A stretch of DNA of 64,000 nt from an uncultured Bacilli bacterium (GTDB taxonomy: Bacteria > Bacillota_I > Bacilli_A > RF39 > UBA660). The stretch covers positions 64,834-128,833 of the forward strand of contig CAKPSB010000002.1 in assembly GCA_934183155.1 (NCBI GenBank). The letters are read 5' to 3'. The notes beneath the pieces were generated by a model. That model was not told the DNA's origin. It saw nothing but the letters and a program-made list of their open reading frames with translations, and made no database searches. Of this stretch, positions 30,695-40,997 are shown piece after piece. The translations under genes were made by a program, and so were the position numbers. The first letter of the stretch is position 1. Every line of letters starts with the position of its first letter.

Positions 30695-31804
30695 ATGACA
30701 TATTTAGATTACAGCGCAACAACTTATCCAGATGAAAAAGTGCTAGAAAGTTTTATAAAAGCCAGTAAATATATTGGAAATCCTAATTCACTACATAAAC
30801 TAGGAGTTAAAACAAAAAAATTAATAGAGGCATCTACTAATCAAATAGCAGGACTATTAAACGTTAAGCCAAATGAAATAATATATACCTCTGGAGCTAG
30901 TGAAAGTAACAACACAATAATAAAAGCCATGGAAAAATTTAAAAATAGGGGAATGAAAATAATAACAACCCCTTTAGAACATTCATCCATTTACGCTCCA
31001 TTAAAGCAATTAGAAGAAAAAGGTTTTAAAATAGAATATACTCCACTTAAAGATGGAGTCGTTGATATAAATGCCTTAAAAAACATGCTAACAGATGACA
31101 CTGTTTTAGTAACTATAGGCATGGTAAACAGCGAAACCGGCATTCGTCAGCCTATAGAACAAATTGGCAAAATATTAAAAGATTATCCTAAAATAATTTT
31201 TCATAGTGACATTACCCAAGCTGCAGGTAAAATAAAATTTGACCTAACTGATGTTGATGCAGCCAGTTTTTCTGCTCATAAATTTTTTGGAATAAAAGGT
31301 ATAGGCGTTTTATATAAAAAAGAAAATTTAATTATTGAACCACTAATTGCTGGGGGAAAATCAACCACATCATTCAGAAGTGGAACCCCACCAACTGAAC
31401 TAATCGTATCAATGGCCAAAGCCTTAAGATTAAGTTATGAAAATTTAAATGAAGAGAAAATTTTAAAATTAAATAAAACATTAAAAGAAAATTTAAAAAA
31501 ATATAAAGATGTCTCTTTAAATAGTAATGAATACTCCATACCTCATATATTAAATATAAGTGTTAAAAACATAAAACCCGAAACATTATTGCACGCTTTA
31601 GAGCAAGAAGAAGTTTATATATCAACTCAAAGTGCTTGTTCTACTGCCGAAGCCTCAAAAGCCATATTAACATTAACCGGTAGCAAAGAAAAAGCAACTA
31701 CCAGTATAAGAATAAGCATATCAAGAAAAACAACAGATGCTGATATTGAAAATTTCTTAAAAGCCTTTGATAAATCGTATAAATCTTTAGGAGGAACTTT
31801 ATGA
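30695..31804 (+). CDS. cysteine desulfurase / class-V aminotransferase (NifS/IscS family)
   Basis: 'LDYSATT' N-terminus, PLP-lysine region 'SFSAHKFFGIKGIGVLY'. Confidence 0.8.
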   Translation: MTYLDYSATTYPDEKVLESFIKASKYIGNPNSLHKLGVKTKKLIEASTNQIAGLLNVKPNEIIYTSGASESNNTIIKAMEKFKNRGMKIITTPLEHSSIYAPLKQLEEKGFKIEYTPLKDGVVDINALKNMLTDDTVLVTIGMVNSETGIRQPIEQIGKILKDYPKIIFHSDITQAAGKIKFDLTDVDAASFSAHKFFGIKGIGVLYKKENLIIEPLIAGGKSTTSFRSGTPPTELIVSMAKALRLSYENLNEEKILKLNKTLKENLKKYKDVSLNSNEYSIPHILNISVKNIKPETLLHALEQEEVYISTQSACSTAEASKAILTLTGSKEKATTSIRISISRKTTDADIENFLKAFDKSYKSLGGTL

Positions 31805-32880
31805 AAAAAGTAGTCTTATTAATACTTTTACTACTTCCCTTTAATGTAAAAGCTCAAACCAATATAAATTTATTTTATGGTAAAGAATGTCCTTATTGCC
31901 AAAAAGAAGAAAAAAATTTAAAAATATTAAAATACCAATTAGGCGATAATATAAACATAAAAAAATATGAAGTATGGCATAATAAAAAAAGCAATGACCT
32001 ACTTACAAAAGTAAAAAACGAATTTAACAGCGACAAGCAAGGTGTTCCCTTTACTACAGTAGGTGATAAATATTTTACAGGCTACAATGATGAAATATTT
32101 AAAAATATTAAATCAACCATTTTAGAAAATATAAAAAACCCAAACACTGATATAGTTGAAAAAATAAAAACAGATAAAGAGACAAAATCAGCCCCTTCAA
32201 TTAATTTTCCATTAATAGGAAATGTAGATATAAAAACAAAAAAAACAAAATTAGTTGCTTTTATATCAGGTATATCTGATGGCATCAATTTAAATAACCT
32301 TTGGCTAATGCTATTTTTATCGTCAATTCTTTTGTGCATATATAATAATAAAAAAAGAATAATTTTAGGTGGCACATTTGTTTTAACATCATTTATAACT
32401 TATATATTTTTTATATTAAATAATGTAAGTTTAAGTATAACCGCATGTACAATAATTCGCTCAGTTATAAGCATAATTTTCATTATAATAGGAGCTATTA
32501 GCTTTGATGCTTATATCAAAATAGAAAAACCTCAAAAAAGCCTCTTGCAAATAATAAGCGAAAAGCTAGGAAAAAGACAAATGATGTTTTATATCATAAG
32601 TATAATAATTGTAAGTATTTTAGCCTCATTTGCCTTAATAAACTCAGCTCAAAGCACTCCAGTTTTATTAAGCCTCATGAAAGGAAATTATAAAACACTA
32701 TTTTATGCCATAGGCTACCTTCTTTCAAATATAATTATATTTATAACCATTAGTATCATAATTAAAGAGTTAATTATGGAAAACACTATAGGAACGTATA
32801 GTAGATTAATCAGCCTAATAGTAACATTAATATGTGCTTTTAGCATCTTATATATTCCAAGCATCTTTATGATGGTGTAA
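31801..32880 (+). CDS. secreted thioredoxin-like (CPYC) domain fused to a polytopic membrane domain; putative thiol-disulfide oxidoreductase
   Basis: Signal peptide then 'GKECPYCQ'; about six C-terminal TM helices; ATGA overlap with the nifS-like stop. Confidence 0.4.
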   Translation: MKKVVLLILLLLPFNVKAQTNINLFYGKECPYCQKEEKNLKILKYQLGDNINIKKYEVWHNKKSNDLLTKVKNEFNSDKQGVPFTTVGDKYFTGYNDEIFKNIKSTILENIKNPNTDIVEKIKTDKETKSAPSINFPLIGNVDIKTKKTKLVAFISGISDGINLNNLWLMLFLSSILLCIYNNKKRIILGGTFVLTSFITYIFFILNNVSLSITACTIIRSVISIIFIIIGAISFDAYIKIEKPQKSLLQIISEKLGKRQMMFYIISIIIVSILASFALINSAQSTPVLLSLMKGNYKTLFYAIGYLLSNIIIFITISIIIKELIMENTIGTYSRLISLIVTLICAFSILYIPSIFMMV

Positions 32881-33020
32881 CTTAAAAATTATAAAATTTG
32901 CCATTTTCCTTGCATTTTTAATTAAACTCCTGTATATTATTAATGTACTTATTTCTAAGTTCAAAAGAACTCCATCTTTTCTACTTGGAATTAAGCGAAT
33001 ATAAATAAAGGAGGATTAAA

Positions 33021-33290
33021 ATGGCTTTAAGTAAAGAAGAAAAAGCTAAGTTAGTTAAAAAGTACGCTAAAAAAGATGGCGACACAGGTTCAGCCGAAGT
33101 TCAAATAGCAATTTTAACTGAAGAAATTAAAGAATTAACTGAGCACTTAAAAACACATATTCATGATTTCCATTCACGTCGTGGTCTTCTTAAAAAAGTT
33201 GGTAAACGTAGAAGTCTACTTAAATATTTAATGAAGAAAGATGTAACTAGATATCGTGAAGTTGTTAAAAGTTTAGGACTTAGAAAATAA
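33021..33290 (+). CDS. rpsO: 30S ribosomal protein S15
   Basis: '[39 protein letters not shown]'. Confidence 0.95.
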   Translation: MALSKEEKAKLVKKYAKKDGDTGSAEVQIAILTEEIKELTEHLKTHIHDFHSRRGLLKKVGKRRSLLKYLMKKDVTRYREVVKSLGLRK

Positions 33291-33295
33291 TTGAT

Positions 33296-33322
33296 AGACA
33301 CTCTTTTAGAGTGTCCTTTTTA
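33296..33322 (+). terminator. rpsO terminator / pnp leader hairpin
   Basis: GACACTCT-ttta-GAGTGTC followed by a T-tract. Confidence 0.6.
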
Positions 33323-33333
33323 TGGGAGGATAT

Positions 33334-35472
33334 ATGAAAAAAACATTTGAAACAGAATTTTATGGAAGAAAACTAACTGTAGAAATAGGAGAAGTAGCTA
33401 AACAAGCCGATGGAGCAGTTATAGTTAGATATGGAGATACCGTCGTTTTATCAACCGTAGTAGTTGGTAAAGAAGCAAAATTACTTTCTGATTTTTTTCC
33501 ATTAATGGTTTTATACCAAGAAAAATTATATTCAGTAGGCAAAATACCAGGTGGATTTATTAAAAGAGAAGGTAGACCAAGTGAAGCCGCTACATTAGCA
33601 GCCAGAATGATTGATAGACCAATGCGACCATTATTCCCAGAAGACTTTAGAAACGAAGTTCAAATTGTCAACACAATACTATCAGTCGATCCAGACAATT
33701 CACCAGAACTTGCTGCCTTATTTGCCTCATCATTAGCTACATCCATAAGTAAAATTCCATTTAACGGACCAGTAGCAGGTGTCAAAGTAGGAAAAGTAGA
33801 AGGTAAATTAATAATCAACCCAACCACTGCTCAAACCGAAAAATCTGACATAGATCTAACCGTAGCAGGTACATCAGATGCTATAAACATGGTTGAATCA
33901 TCAGCTAAAGAAGTTAAAGAAGAAGATATGTTAGAAGCCTTAATGTTTGGCCATGAAGCTGTAAAAGAATTAGTAAAATTTGAAAATAAAATAATCAAAG
34001 AAATTGGCCAAGAAAAAATGGAATATGAAAAATTAGAAATAACTGATAATTTGAAAGAAGAAGTAACAAAGCTAATAAAAGATGATGTAGATAAAGCATT
34101 AAGAATAAAAGATAAATTAGAAAAAAACGCACGCTTAGATGAAATAAAAGAAAACATTATTAATAAATACAAAAGTGAAAATGAAAATTTAAATCCCGAA
34201 CAATTAGCCCAGCTAATTGCCAAAATAAATATAATTTATGGCAATGTAGAATATGAACTATTTAGAAATATAGTTGTTAAAGAAAAAGTAAGAGCTGATG
34301 GAAGAAAAATGGATGAAATTAGGCCACTTTCAGCCTCAGTTGATTTCTTGCCTAGAACTCATGGCTCAGCCTTATTTACAAGAGGTCAGACCCAAAGCCT
34401 ATCCGTAACAACTCTAGGAGCCTTAGGTGAGCATCAAATATTAGATGGACTTGGATTAGAAGATTCCAAAAGATTCATGCTTCACTATAATTTCCCACAA
34501 TTTTCAGTAGGAGAAACAGGAAGATATGGAGCTCCAGGTAGAAGAGAAATCGGTCATGGAGCCTTAGGTGAAAAAGCCTTATTACAAGTAATACCATCAG
34601 AAGAACAATTTCCATATACCATTAGAGTTGTTTCCGAAATATTAGAAAGTAATGGTTCATCATCACAAGCAAGTATTTGTGCTGGTTGTATGAGCTTAAT
34701 GGCCGCAGGTGTTCCTATTAAAGCACCTGTTGCTGGAATAGCAATGGGGTTAATTACAAAAGGCGATGATTATACTATATTAACCGATATTCAAGGCATG
34801 GAAGATCACCTAGGAGACATGGACTTTAAAGTTGCCGGCACTAAAGATGGCGTTTGTGCTTTACAAATGGATATAAAAATCAAAGGCATAACTAAAAATA
34901 TATTAAAAGAAGCTTTAATCCAAGCTAAAAAAGCCAGATTGCAAATACTAGATGTTATGCACACCGCCATCAGCAAGCCACGTGATGAAGTAAGTAAATA
35001 TGCCCCTAAAGTAATGACCTTTATGATAAACCCAGATAAAATAAAAGACGTTATTGGTAAAGGTGGCGACACAATAACAAAAATAATATTAGAATCTAGT
35101 CACGTTAATAGTGTTAATGATATAAATGCTGTTAAAGTAGATTTAGAAGACGATGGAAAAGTAGTTATATATCATACCGACAAAGAAATAATTGAAAAAA
35201 CAGCAAACATGATTAAAAATGTCGTAAGAGAAGTTGAAGAAGATAAAATATATACAGGTAAAATTACTAAAGTAGAAGACTTTGGCTGCTTTGTTGAACT
35301 ATGGCCAGGCTGTGAAGGATTAGTTCATGTATCACAGCTAGATGTAAAAAGAGTAGAAAAACCATCAGATATAGTTAAAATAGGTGATGAAATACTAGTA
35401 AAATCATTAGGCTATGACAAAAAAGGTAGACTAAATTTATCAAGAAAAGCTGTCTTAACTTCAAAAAAATAG
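33334..35472 (+). CDS. pnp: polyribonucleotide nucleotidyltransferase (PNPase)
   Basis: Two RNase PH domains, KH and S1 domains; '[25 protein letters not shown]'; ATG at 33334 after GGGAGGA. Confidence 0.95.
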   Translation: MKKTFETEFYGRKLTVEIGEVAKQADGAVIVRYGDTVVLSTVVVGKEAKLLSDFFPLMVLYQEKLYSVGKIPGGFIKREGRPSEAATLAARMIDRPMRPLFPEDFRNEVQIVNTILSVDPDNSPELAALFASSLATSISKIPFNGPVAGVKVGKVEGKLIINPTTAQTEKSDIDLTVAGTSDAINMVESSAKEVKEEDMLEALMFGHEAVKELVKFENKIIKEIGQEKMEYEKLEITDNLKEEVTKLIKDDVDKALRIKDKLEKNARLDEIKENIINKYKSENENLNPEQLAQLIAKINIIYGNVEYELFRNIVVKEKVRADGRKMDEIRPLSASVDFLPRTHGSALFTRGQTQSLSVTTLGALGEHQILDGLGLEDSKRFMLHYNFPQFSVGETGRYGAPGRREIGHGALGEKALLQVIPSEEQFPYTIRVVSEILESNGSSSQASICAGCMSLMAAGVPIKAPVAGIAMGLITKGDDYTILTDIQGMEDHLGDMDFKVAGTKDGVCALQMDIKIKGITKNILKEALIQAKKARLQILDVMHTAISKPRDEVSKYAPKVMTFMINPDKIKDVIGKGGDTITKIILESSHVNSVNDINAVKVDLEDDGKVVIYHTDKEIIEKTANMIKNVVREVEEDKIYTGKITKVEDFGCFVELWPGCEGLVHVSQLDVKRVEKPSDIVKIGDEILVKSLGYDKKGRLNLSRKAVLTSKK

Positions 35473-35484
35473 AAAGGAAAACCA

Positions 35485-35847
35485 ATGGATAGAGTAACTC
35501 AAAAGAAAATAAATGATATCAATTTCATGATTCAAACAGAAAACGGATGGAAAAATAAATATCAACTACAAAAAAACAAAATAGAAAGCCATCCAGTTAA
35601 TTTTGCCCATCAAATGATAATAGGAACAGCATTTGAACTATCTGCATTAGCCTACACTAGTAGTCATGGAAGTAGACTAGATACCGCTTTATTAGCAAGC
35701 CTCGGAGCATTTGCCATAGGCACATGCGTTCCAATCGTTATAAAAAAAATAAGAATAGCTGATAAAGACTATCAAATACATATAATAAATTCCATACTTG
35801 ACGATTTAGACAAAAAAGCAGATAAAATAAAAACTTTACATAAATAA
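35485..35847 (+). CDS. hypothetical small protein with one hydrophobic segment
   Basis: ORF with RBS; no recognisable motifs. Confidence 0.35.
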   Translation: MDRVTQKKINDINFMIQTENGWKNKYQLQKNKIESHPVNFAHQMIIGTAFELSALAYTSSHGSRLDTALLASLGAFAIGTCVPIVIKKIRIADKDYQIHIINSILDDLDKKADKIKTLHK

Positions 35848-35950
35848 ATAATTTTATTTATGTTTTTTTGTGCATTAAAAGGCAAGAATATTGTAAAATA
35901 AAGAAAGAAATGCTATATTTAAAGTGTAATTTTAATTATGGGGGAAAAAT

Positions 35951-37763
35951 TATGATAGAAAATTTAAAAGTAAGCAGTAAAATATTTGATATTGAAAAAT
36001 CAAAACTAGATAAAGAAACCAGTAAAAAATTAACAGGTTATCCTCAAGCTGATAAACCGTGGCTTAAATACTATTCTGAAAAATCACAAAACACACCTGT
36101 TCCACAAAAAACAATTTATCAAAATATAAAAGATGTATGTGAAAAATTTAAAGACAATTGTGCAATTGAATTTTTTTATAAAAAAATAACATATGGCAAA
36201 TTTTTAAAAAAAATCGATAGCATTGCTAATTCTTTTACTAAATTAGGTGTAAAGCAAGGCGATTTAGTAACTCTAATGATGGCAAACACACCAGAATATA
36301 TTGTGTCAATTTATGCTCTAAATAAAATAGGAGCAGTTATCAATTCAGTAGATTTAAGAACTTCTGAAGAAGAATTAGTAGAAAACTTAACCAATGCCAA
36401 TTCTGAGACAGTTGTAGCTACAGATATGTTTTTGCCAAATTTAACAAAAATCATCGAAAAAACACCAGCAAAAAAAGTTATAGTAACATCTGCAATTGAA
36501 GGCCTAGCCCTACCTATAAGAAAACTTTTTAATCTAAAAAACAAAATAGCAAAAATTCCAAAAGAATACATGACTTGGAAACAATTTGAAAAAATTGGGA
36601 AAAACATGGAAAATGTTCCAGAAGTTCCATTTCTGCCAAATCAAGCAGCATGTATAACGTATACAAGTGGAACAACCGGAAAACCAAAAGGCGTAGTTTT
36701 AACAAATGAAAACTTCTTAGCACAAGTTGTTCAGTATCAACAAAGTGGAATAAAATTTAAACAAGGAGAAAAGTTCTATGACCAAGTTCCGCCTTTCTTA
36801 GCATTTAACTGTATAATGACTACCAATTTACCTTTATCACTTGGTCTACGTTTAGTGGTAAGTCCTGCATATGAACCAGAAAAATTTGCCGAAAACATCA
36901 TTAAACACCAAATAGATCACGCCGTGGCTGGACCGGCTGATTGGACAAGTTTTTTAAATAGTCAAACAGCTAAAAATGCCGACTTAAGTTTCTTAAAAAC
37001 ATTAGCTAGTGGTAGTTCTCATATTGATGTTACTAAAAAAGAAAAAATCGATAATTTTTTAGCATCAAGAGGATGCCAAAATAAAATTATAGAAGGTTAT
37101 GGAATGAGTGAAGCTGCCACCGCCGTTTGTACTAATTTACCACAATGTAATATTAATGGAAGTGCAGGTATACCACTACCTAAAACAACAATGGCTGTCT
37201 GCAATCCAGAAACAGGTGAATTTTTAAAATATAATGAAGAAGGCGAACTATGCATCACAGGGCCAGAAGTCATGAAAGAATACTTTAACAATGCTGAAGC
37301 CACCGACAAAGTTTTGAAAAAACATAGTGACGGAAAAATTTATCTTCACAGCGGAGATTTGGGCTACATAACAGAAGATGGCGTTGTTTATGTTAGTGGC
37401 CGAATAAAAAGAGTAATCGTTAGTTGTTATGGCTTTAAAATATCACCATTAGAAATAGAAACCATAATAATGGAAAACCCAAATGTCAGCGACTGCTGTG
37501 TTGTTGGTGTCTTCGATGATGTACATGAATTTGGACAAATTCCAGTTGCTAATGTTGTTTTGAAAGACGGTATAATCAATGAAGATGCAGTTGCCGAAGA
37601 AATAAAACAATTATGTAGAGAAAAAATCATTGAAATACATCTACCAAAAAAAATAAAACTAGTTAAAGAACTACCTTTAACCAAAAACGGTAAAGTTGAC
37701 TATAGAACACTAACCAAAGAATGCGAAAGCAACAAAGCCAAACAAAAAATATATTCATTATAA
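35951..37763 (+). CDS. AMP-dependent synthetase/ligase (acyl-CoA or fatty-acid ligase family)
   Basis: 'YTSGTTGKPKGV', 'GYGMSEA'; start at MIENLK after the GGGGGA RBS; the longer track ORF start is spurious. Confidence 0.8.
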
Positions 37764-37778
37764 AAAAGGGGGAATAAT

Positions 37779-39575
37779 ATGAATCCTAACATGATTTTTT
37801 CACTTTGCAGTTTTATCTATGCAAGTTTAATAGCCATAATGTATTTTTCAAAAGAACGCATTAAGTCAGTAGAAAATAAGATGTACTCAATAATTTTAAT
37901 GTCAACAATTATTGGCCTAGCAGTTGAATTATTAGGAGCTATATCAAATTTAATTTTATCATCAACATCTATAGTTACCAATATACTATTCAAATTAATA
38001 ATGTTATACTTTTTTAGCTGGATATTTGAACTTTTTATATACGTTTATGTTGTGTCAAAAAATAAAAAGAAAATAAATTCTCGCTTAATCTTGTCAGTTT
38101 ATCTACCACTTGCCATAATTACTTTACTACTGCCATTGTATAGTAAAGAAGTAAATGGACTTGCCCAATATACATATGGTCCAAGTGTCAACTTTGTATA
38201 TGGCATATCAGGAATACTAATTTTAACACTTATAGTTATAATGATTATTAATATAAAACATATTATTTCCAAAAAATATGCCCCATTATTTGCCTTTATG
38301 ATCCTTGGCATTTTAATGGCTATCATCCAACACATCTATCCACAACTACTTTTGATGTCATCTGTTGAAGCTTTTGTTACAATCTTAATGTATTTTACAA
38401 TTGAAAATCCAGATACACAAATGATGAGAGAGCTTTACAAAAATAGAAAATTAATTGAAAAATCAAACGAAGATACATCAAACTTTTTATTTAAAATGAC
38501 CCAAGATATTAAAAAACCAGTAAAAGACATTATTGAAGTTAGTAAAAATATGGAATCATTAAACAAATTAGAAGAATTAAAACAACAAGCAAAATATATA
38601 AACAACGTTGGTAGTGATATAGACTATTTAATTAACGATGCCCTAGATGTATCAGCTATGAATACAAAACAATTAAAAATATACGATAGTAGATATAATC
38701 CTACAAATTTATTTAAAGAAGTAGAATATCGCTTTGAAAACGAACTCGATGAAAATATTAAGTTTCATTTTGAAATCAGTAAAGTCGTTCCAAATTACCT
38801 ATATGGCGATTCTATAAAACTAAAACAAGCAATTAATTCCTTACTTGCAAACAGTAAAAAGCATACCACATCAGGAGAAATAAATATGACCGTAAGTGGT
38901 ATTGTTAAATACGGAATATGTAGATTAATTATTGATATAAATGATACTGGTAAAGGCATGAGTATAGAAGAAGTCAATGACGTATTAAGCCTAAATAGTA
39001 AACAACTTTCTGAAATTGATCTTCATAATCGCGATGGCGAAATTTTAAAACTGAAAGAAGTAAAAAAATTGATTACCATATTAGGTGGTAATTTAATGGT
39101 AAAAAGTGAAGAAAATAAAGGAACAACAGTTAATATTGTTTTAGACCAAAAAGTAGTTGAAACAAAAGAAACAGAAATATCAAAAAAACTAGAAACCTAC
39201 GAGCAAACATTATATAAAAACAAAAAAGTAATGGTTGTTGATGACGATGCTAAAGAGCTAGCCAAAATAACTTCATATCTAGAAAATCATGAAGCTGAGG
39301 TAAGCGGTTCATTATTTGGAAGAGACTGCATTGAAAAAATCGAGAATAATATCAAGTATGATTTAATATTATTAGATGATGAAACCTCTACCTATAGCGC
39401 CCTTGAAGTATTAAAAGAGTTAAAAACAAATAAAAAATTCAACATTCCAGTTGTTGTCATGATAAATGATAGCAAAGAATTTATAAAGCTTCATTATCTT
39501 CAAGATGGTTTTGCTGACGTTATTTTAAAATCAAAATTAGAAAGTGAAGTAAATAGAATAATGAAAAGGTTTTAA
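37779..39575 (+). CDS. membrane sensor histidine-kinase-like protein with C-terminal receiver domain (hybrid); the H-box His appears replaced by Gln
   Basis: Six or seven N-terminal TMs; 'TQDIKKPV' where 'HELRTPL' is expected; N-box 'LLANSKKH'; G1 'DTGKGMS'; receiver 'KVMVVDDD…DLILLDD'. Confidence 0.55.
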   Translation: MNPNMIFSLCSFIYASLIAIMYFSKERIKSVENKMYSIILMSTIIGLAVELLGAISNLILSSTSIVTNILFKLIMLYFFSWIFELFIYVYVVSKNKKKINSRLILSVYLPLAIITLLLPLYSKEVNGLAQYTYGPSVNFVYGISGILILTLIVIMIINIKHIISKKYAPLFAFMILGILMAIIQHIYPQLLLMSSVEAFVTILMYFTIENPDTQMMRELYKNRKLIEKSNEDTSNFLFKMTQDIKKPVKDIIEVSKNMESLNKLEELKQQAKYINNVGSDIDYLINDALDVSAMNTKQLKIYDSRYNPTNLFKEVEYRFENELDENIKFHFEISKVVPNYLYGDSIKLKQAINSLLANSKKHTTSGEINMTVSGIVKYGICRLIIDINDTGKGMSIEEVNDVLSLNSKQLSEIDLHNRDGEILKLKEVKKLITILGGNLMVKSEENKGTTVNIVLDQKVVETKETEISKKLETYEQTLYKNKKVMVVDDDAKELAKITSYLENHEAEVSGSLFGRDCIEKIENNIKYDLILLDDETSTYSALEVLKELKTNKKFNIPVVVMINDSKEFIKLHYLQDGFADVILKSKLESEVNRIMKRF

Positions 39576-39604
39576 AAACCTTTTTTTGGAAAGGAAGTAA
39601 TACA

Positions 39605-40927
39605 ATGTTTAAAAACAAAAAAATATTTATTTTAGGAATGGGTAAAAGTGGTGTAAGTGTTGCCAAATTACTAGCAAAAGATAATCACGTTTTACTCACA
39701 GATATTAAATGTGAAGATGAAAGTCAAATAAAAGAATTAGAAAAATTAAATATAAACGTTATTATCACAAAAAATCAAGAAGAACTATTTGATGAAACAT
39801 TTGATATACTTGTTAAAAATCCAGGTGTTAGACTAGACCATCCAGTAGTACTAAAAGCAAATAAATTAAACATTCCAGTTATAACAGAACTAGAAGTTGC
39901 TTATAGATATTTGCCAGAAGTTAAAATAGTTGGAATAACAGGTTCAAATGGTAAAACAACTACTACGACAATTATCTATGAAATGTTAAAAATGGCCAAT
40001 CTGCCAGTTCATTTAGCGGGTAATATAGGTTATCCACTATGTGACCAAATTAAAGATATAAAAAAAGATGATATTCTAGTTATCGAAATATCATCACATC
40101 AACTCGCAAACATGGACAAATTCAAAGTCGACATTGCTGTTTTAACCAATCTATGCCCAGTTCACTTAGATCATTTTGGTACTTACGAAAATTATAAAAA
40201 TACCAAATTACGTATATTTAATAATCAAACAAATAAAGATGTTGCCATATTAAATAAAGGTGATGCAGAAGTTTATAAAAGAACTTTAAACTTACCAGCA
40301 AAAAAACTATATTTTTCATCTAATCTAGATGCCGACATATGTATAAAAAATGAGGCTATTAAGTTAAAAGACGAAAAAATAGTAGATTTATCCGACATAA
40401 GAGTAAAAGGAATGCATAATTATGAAAACATTATGGCAGCTATATTAGTAGCAAAAGAATTCAATATTTCAAATGAAGTAATTAAAGAAGTTTTAGATAA
40501 TTTCGCCGGAGTTGAACATCGCTTGGAATTTGTTATCAAAAAAAATGATCGTGAATTTTACAACGATTCAAAAGCTACAAACGTTGATTCAACCATCATT
40601 GCCCTAAAATCATTTAATAATCCAGTAGTACTTTTGTTAGGCGGTCTAGACAGAGGACATTCATTTGAACCACTTGTTCCTTATTTAACAAATGTAAAAC
40701 ACATTGTATGTTTTGGACAAACAAAAAAACGAATAGAAGAGTTTGCAAATAAACACAATATTGATGTAACCGTAACCGATAATTTAGAAGAAGCTACCAA
40801 AGCCGCATATAACATTTCTGACCAAGGTGATACTATCTTACTTTCACCAGCGTGTGCAAGTTGGGATCAATACAATCACTTCGAAGAAAGAGGAAAAGAA
40901 TTTAAAAAAATCGTCTTCAACCTATAG
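39605..40927 (+). CDS. murD: UDP-N-acetylmuramoylalanine--D-glutamate ligase
   Basis: 'KKIFILGMGKSGVSVAKLL', 'GITGSNGKTTTTT'. Confidence 0.9.
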   Translation: MFKNKKIFILGMGKSGVSVAKLLAKDNHVLLTDIKCEDESQIKELEKLNINVIITKNQEELFDETFDILVKNPGVRLDHPVVLKANKLNIPVITELEVAYRYLPEVKIVGITGSNGKTTTTTIIYEMLKMANLPVHLAGNIGYPLCDQIKDIKKDDILVIEISSHQLANMDKFKVDIAVLTNLCPVHLDHFGTYENYKNTKLRIFNNQTNKDVAILNKGDAEVYKRTLNLPAKKLYFSSNLDADICIKNEAIKLKDEKIVDLSDIRVKGMHNYENIMAAILVAKEFNISNEVIKEVLDNFAGVEHRLEFVIKKNDREFYNDSKATNVDSTIIALKSFNNPVVLLLGGLDRGHSFEPLVPYLTNVKHIVCFGQTKKRIEEFANKHNIDVTVTDNLEEATKAAYNISDQGDTILLSPACASWDQYNHFEERGKEFKKIVFNL

Positions 40928-40997
40928 ACGGTTTTTTAATTTCTTGAAAATCAAAGCTTTAAATGTTATAATATAACAAAAAAATGGAAGTGATAAA

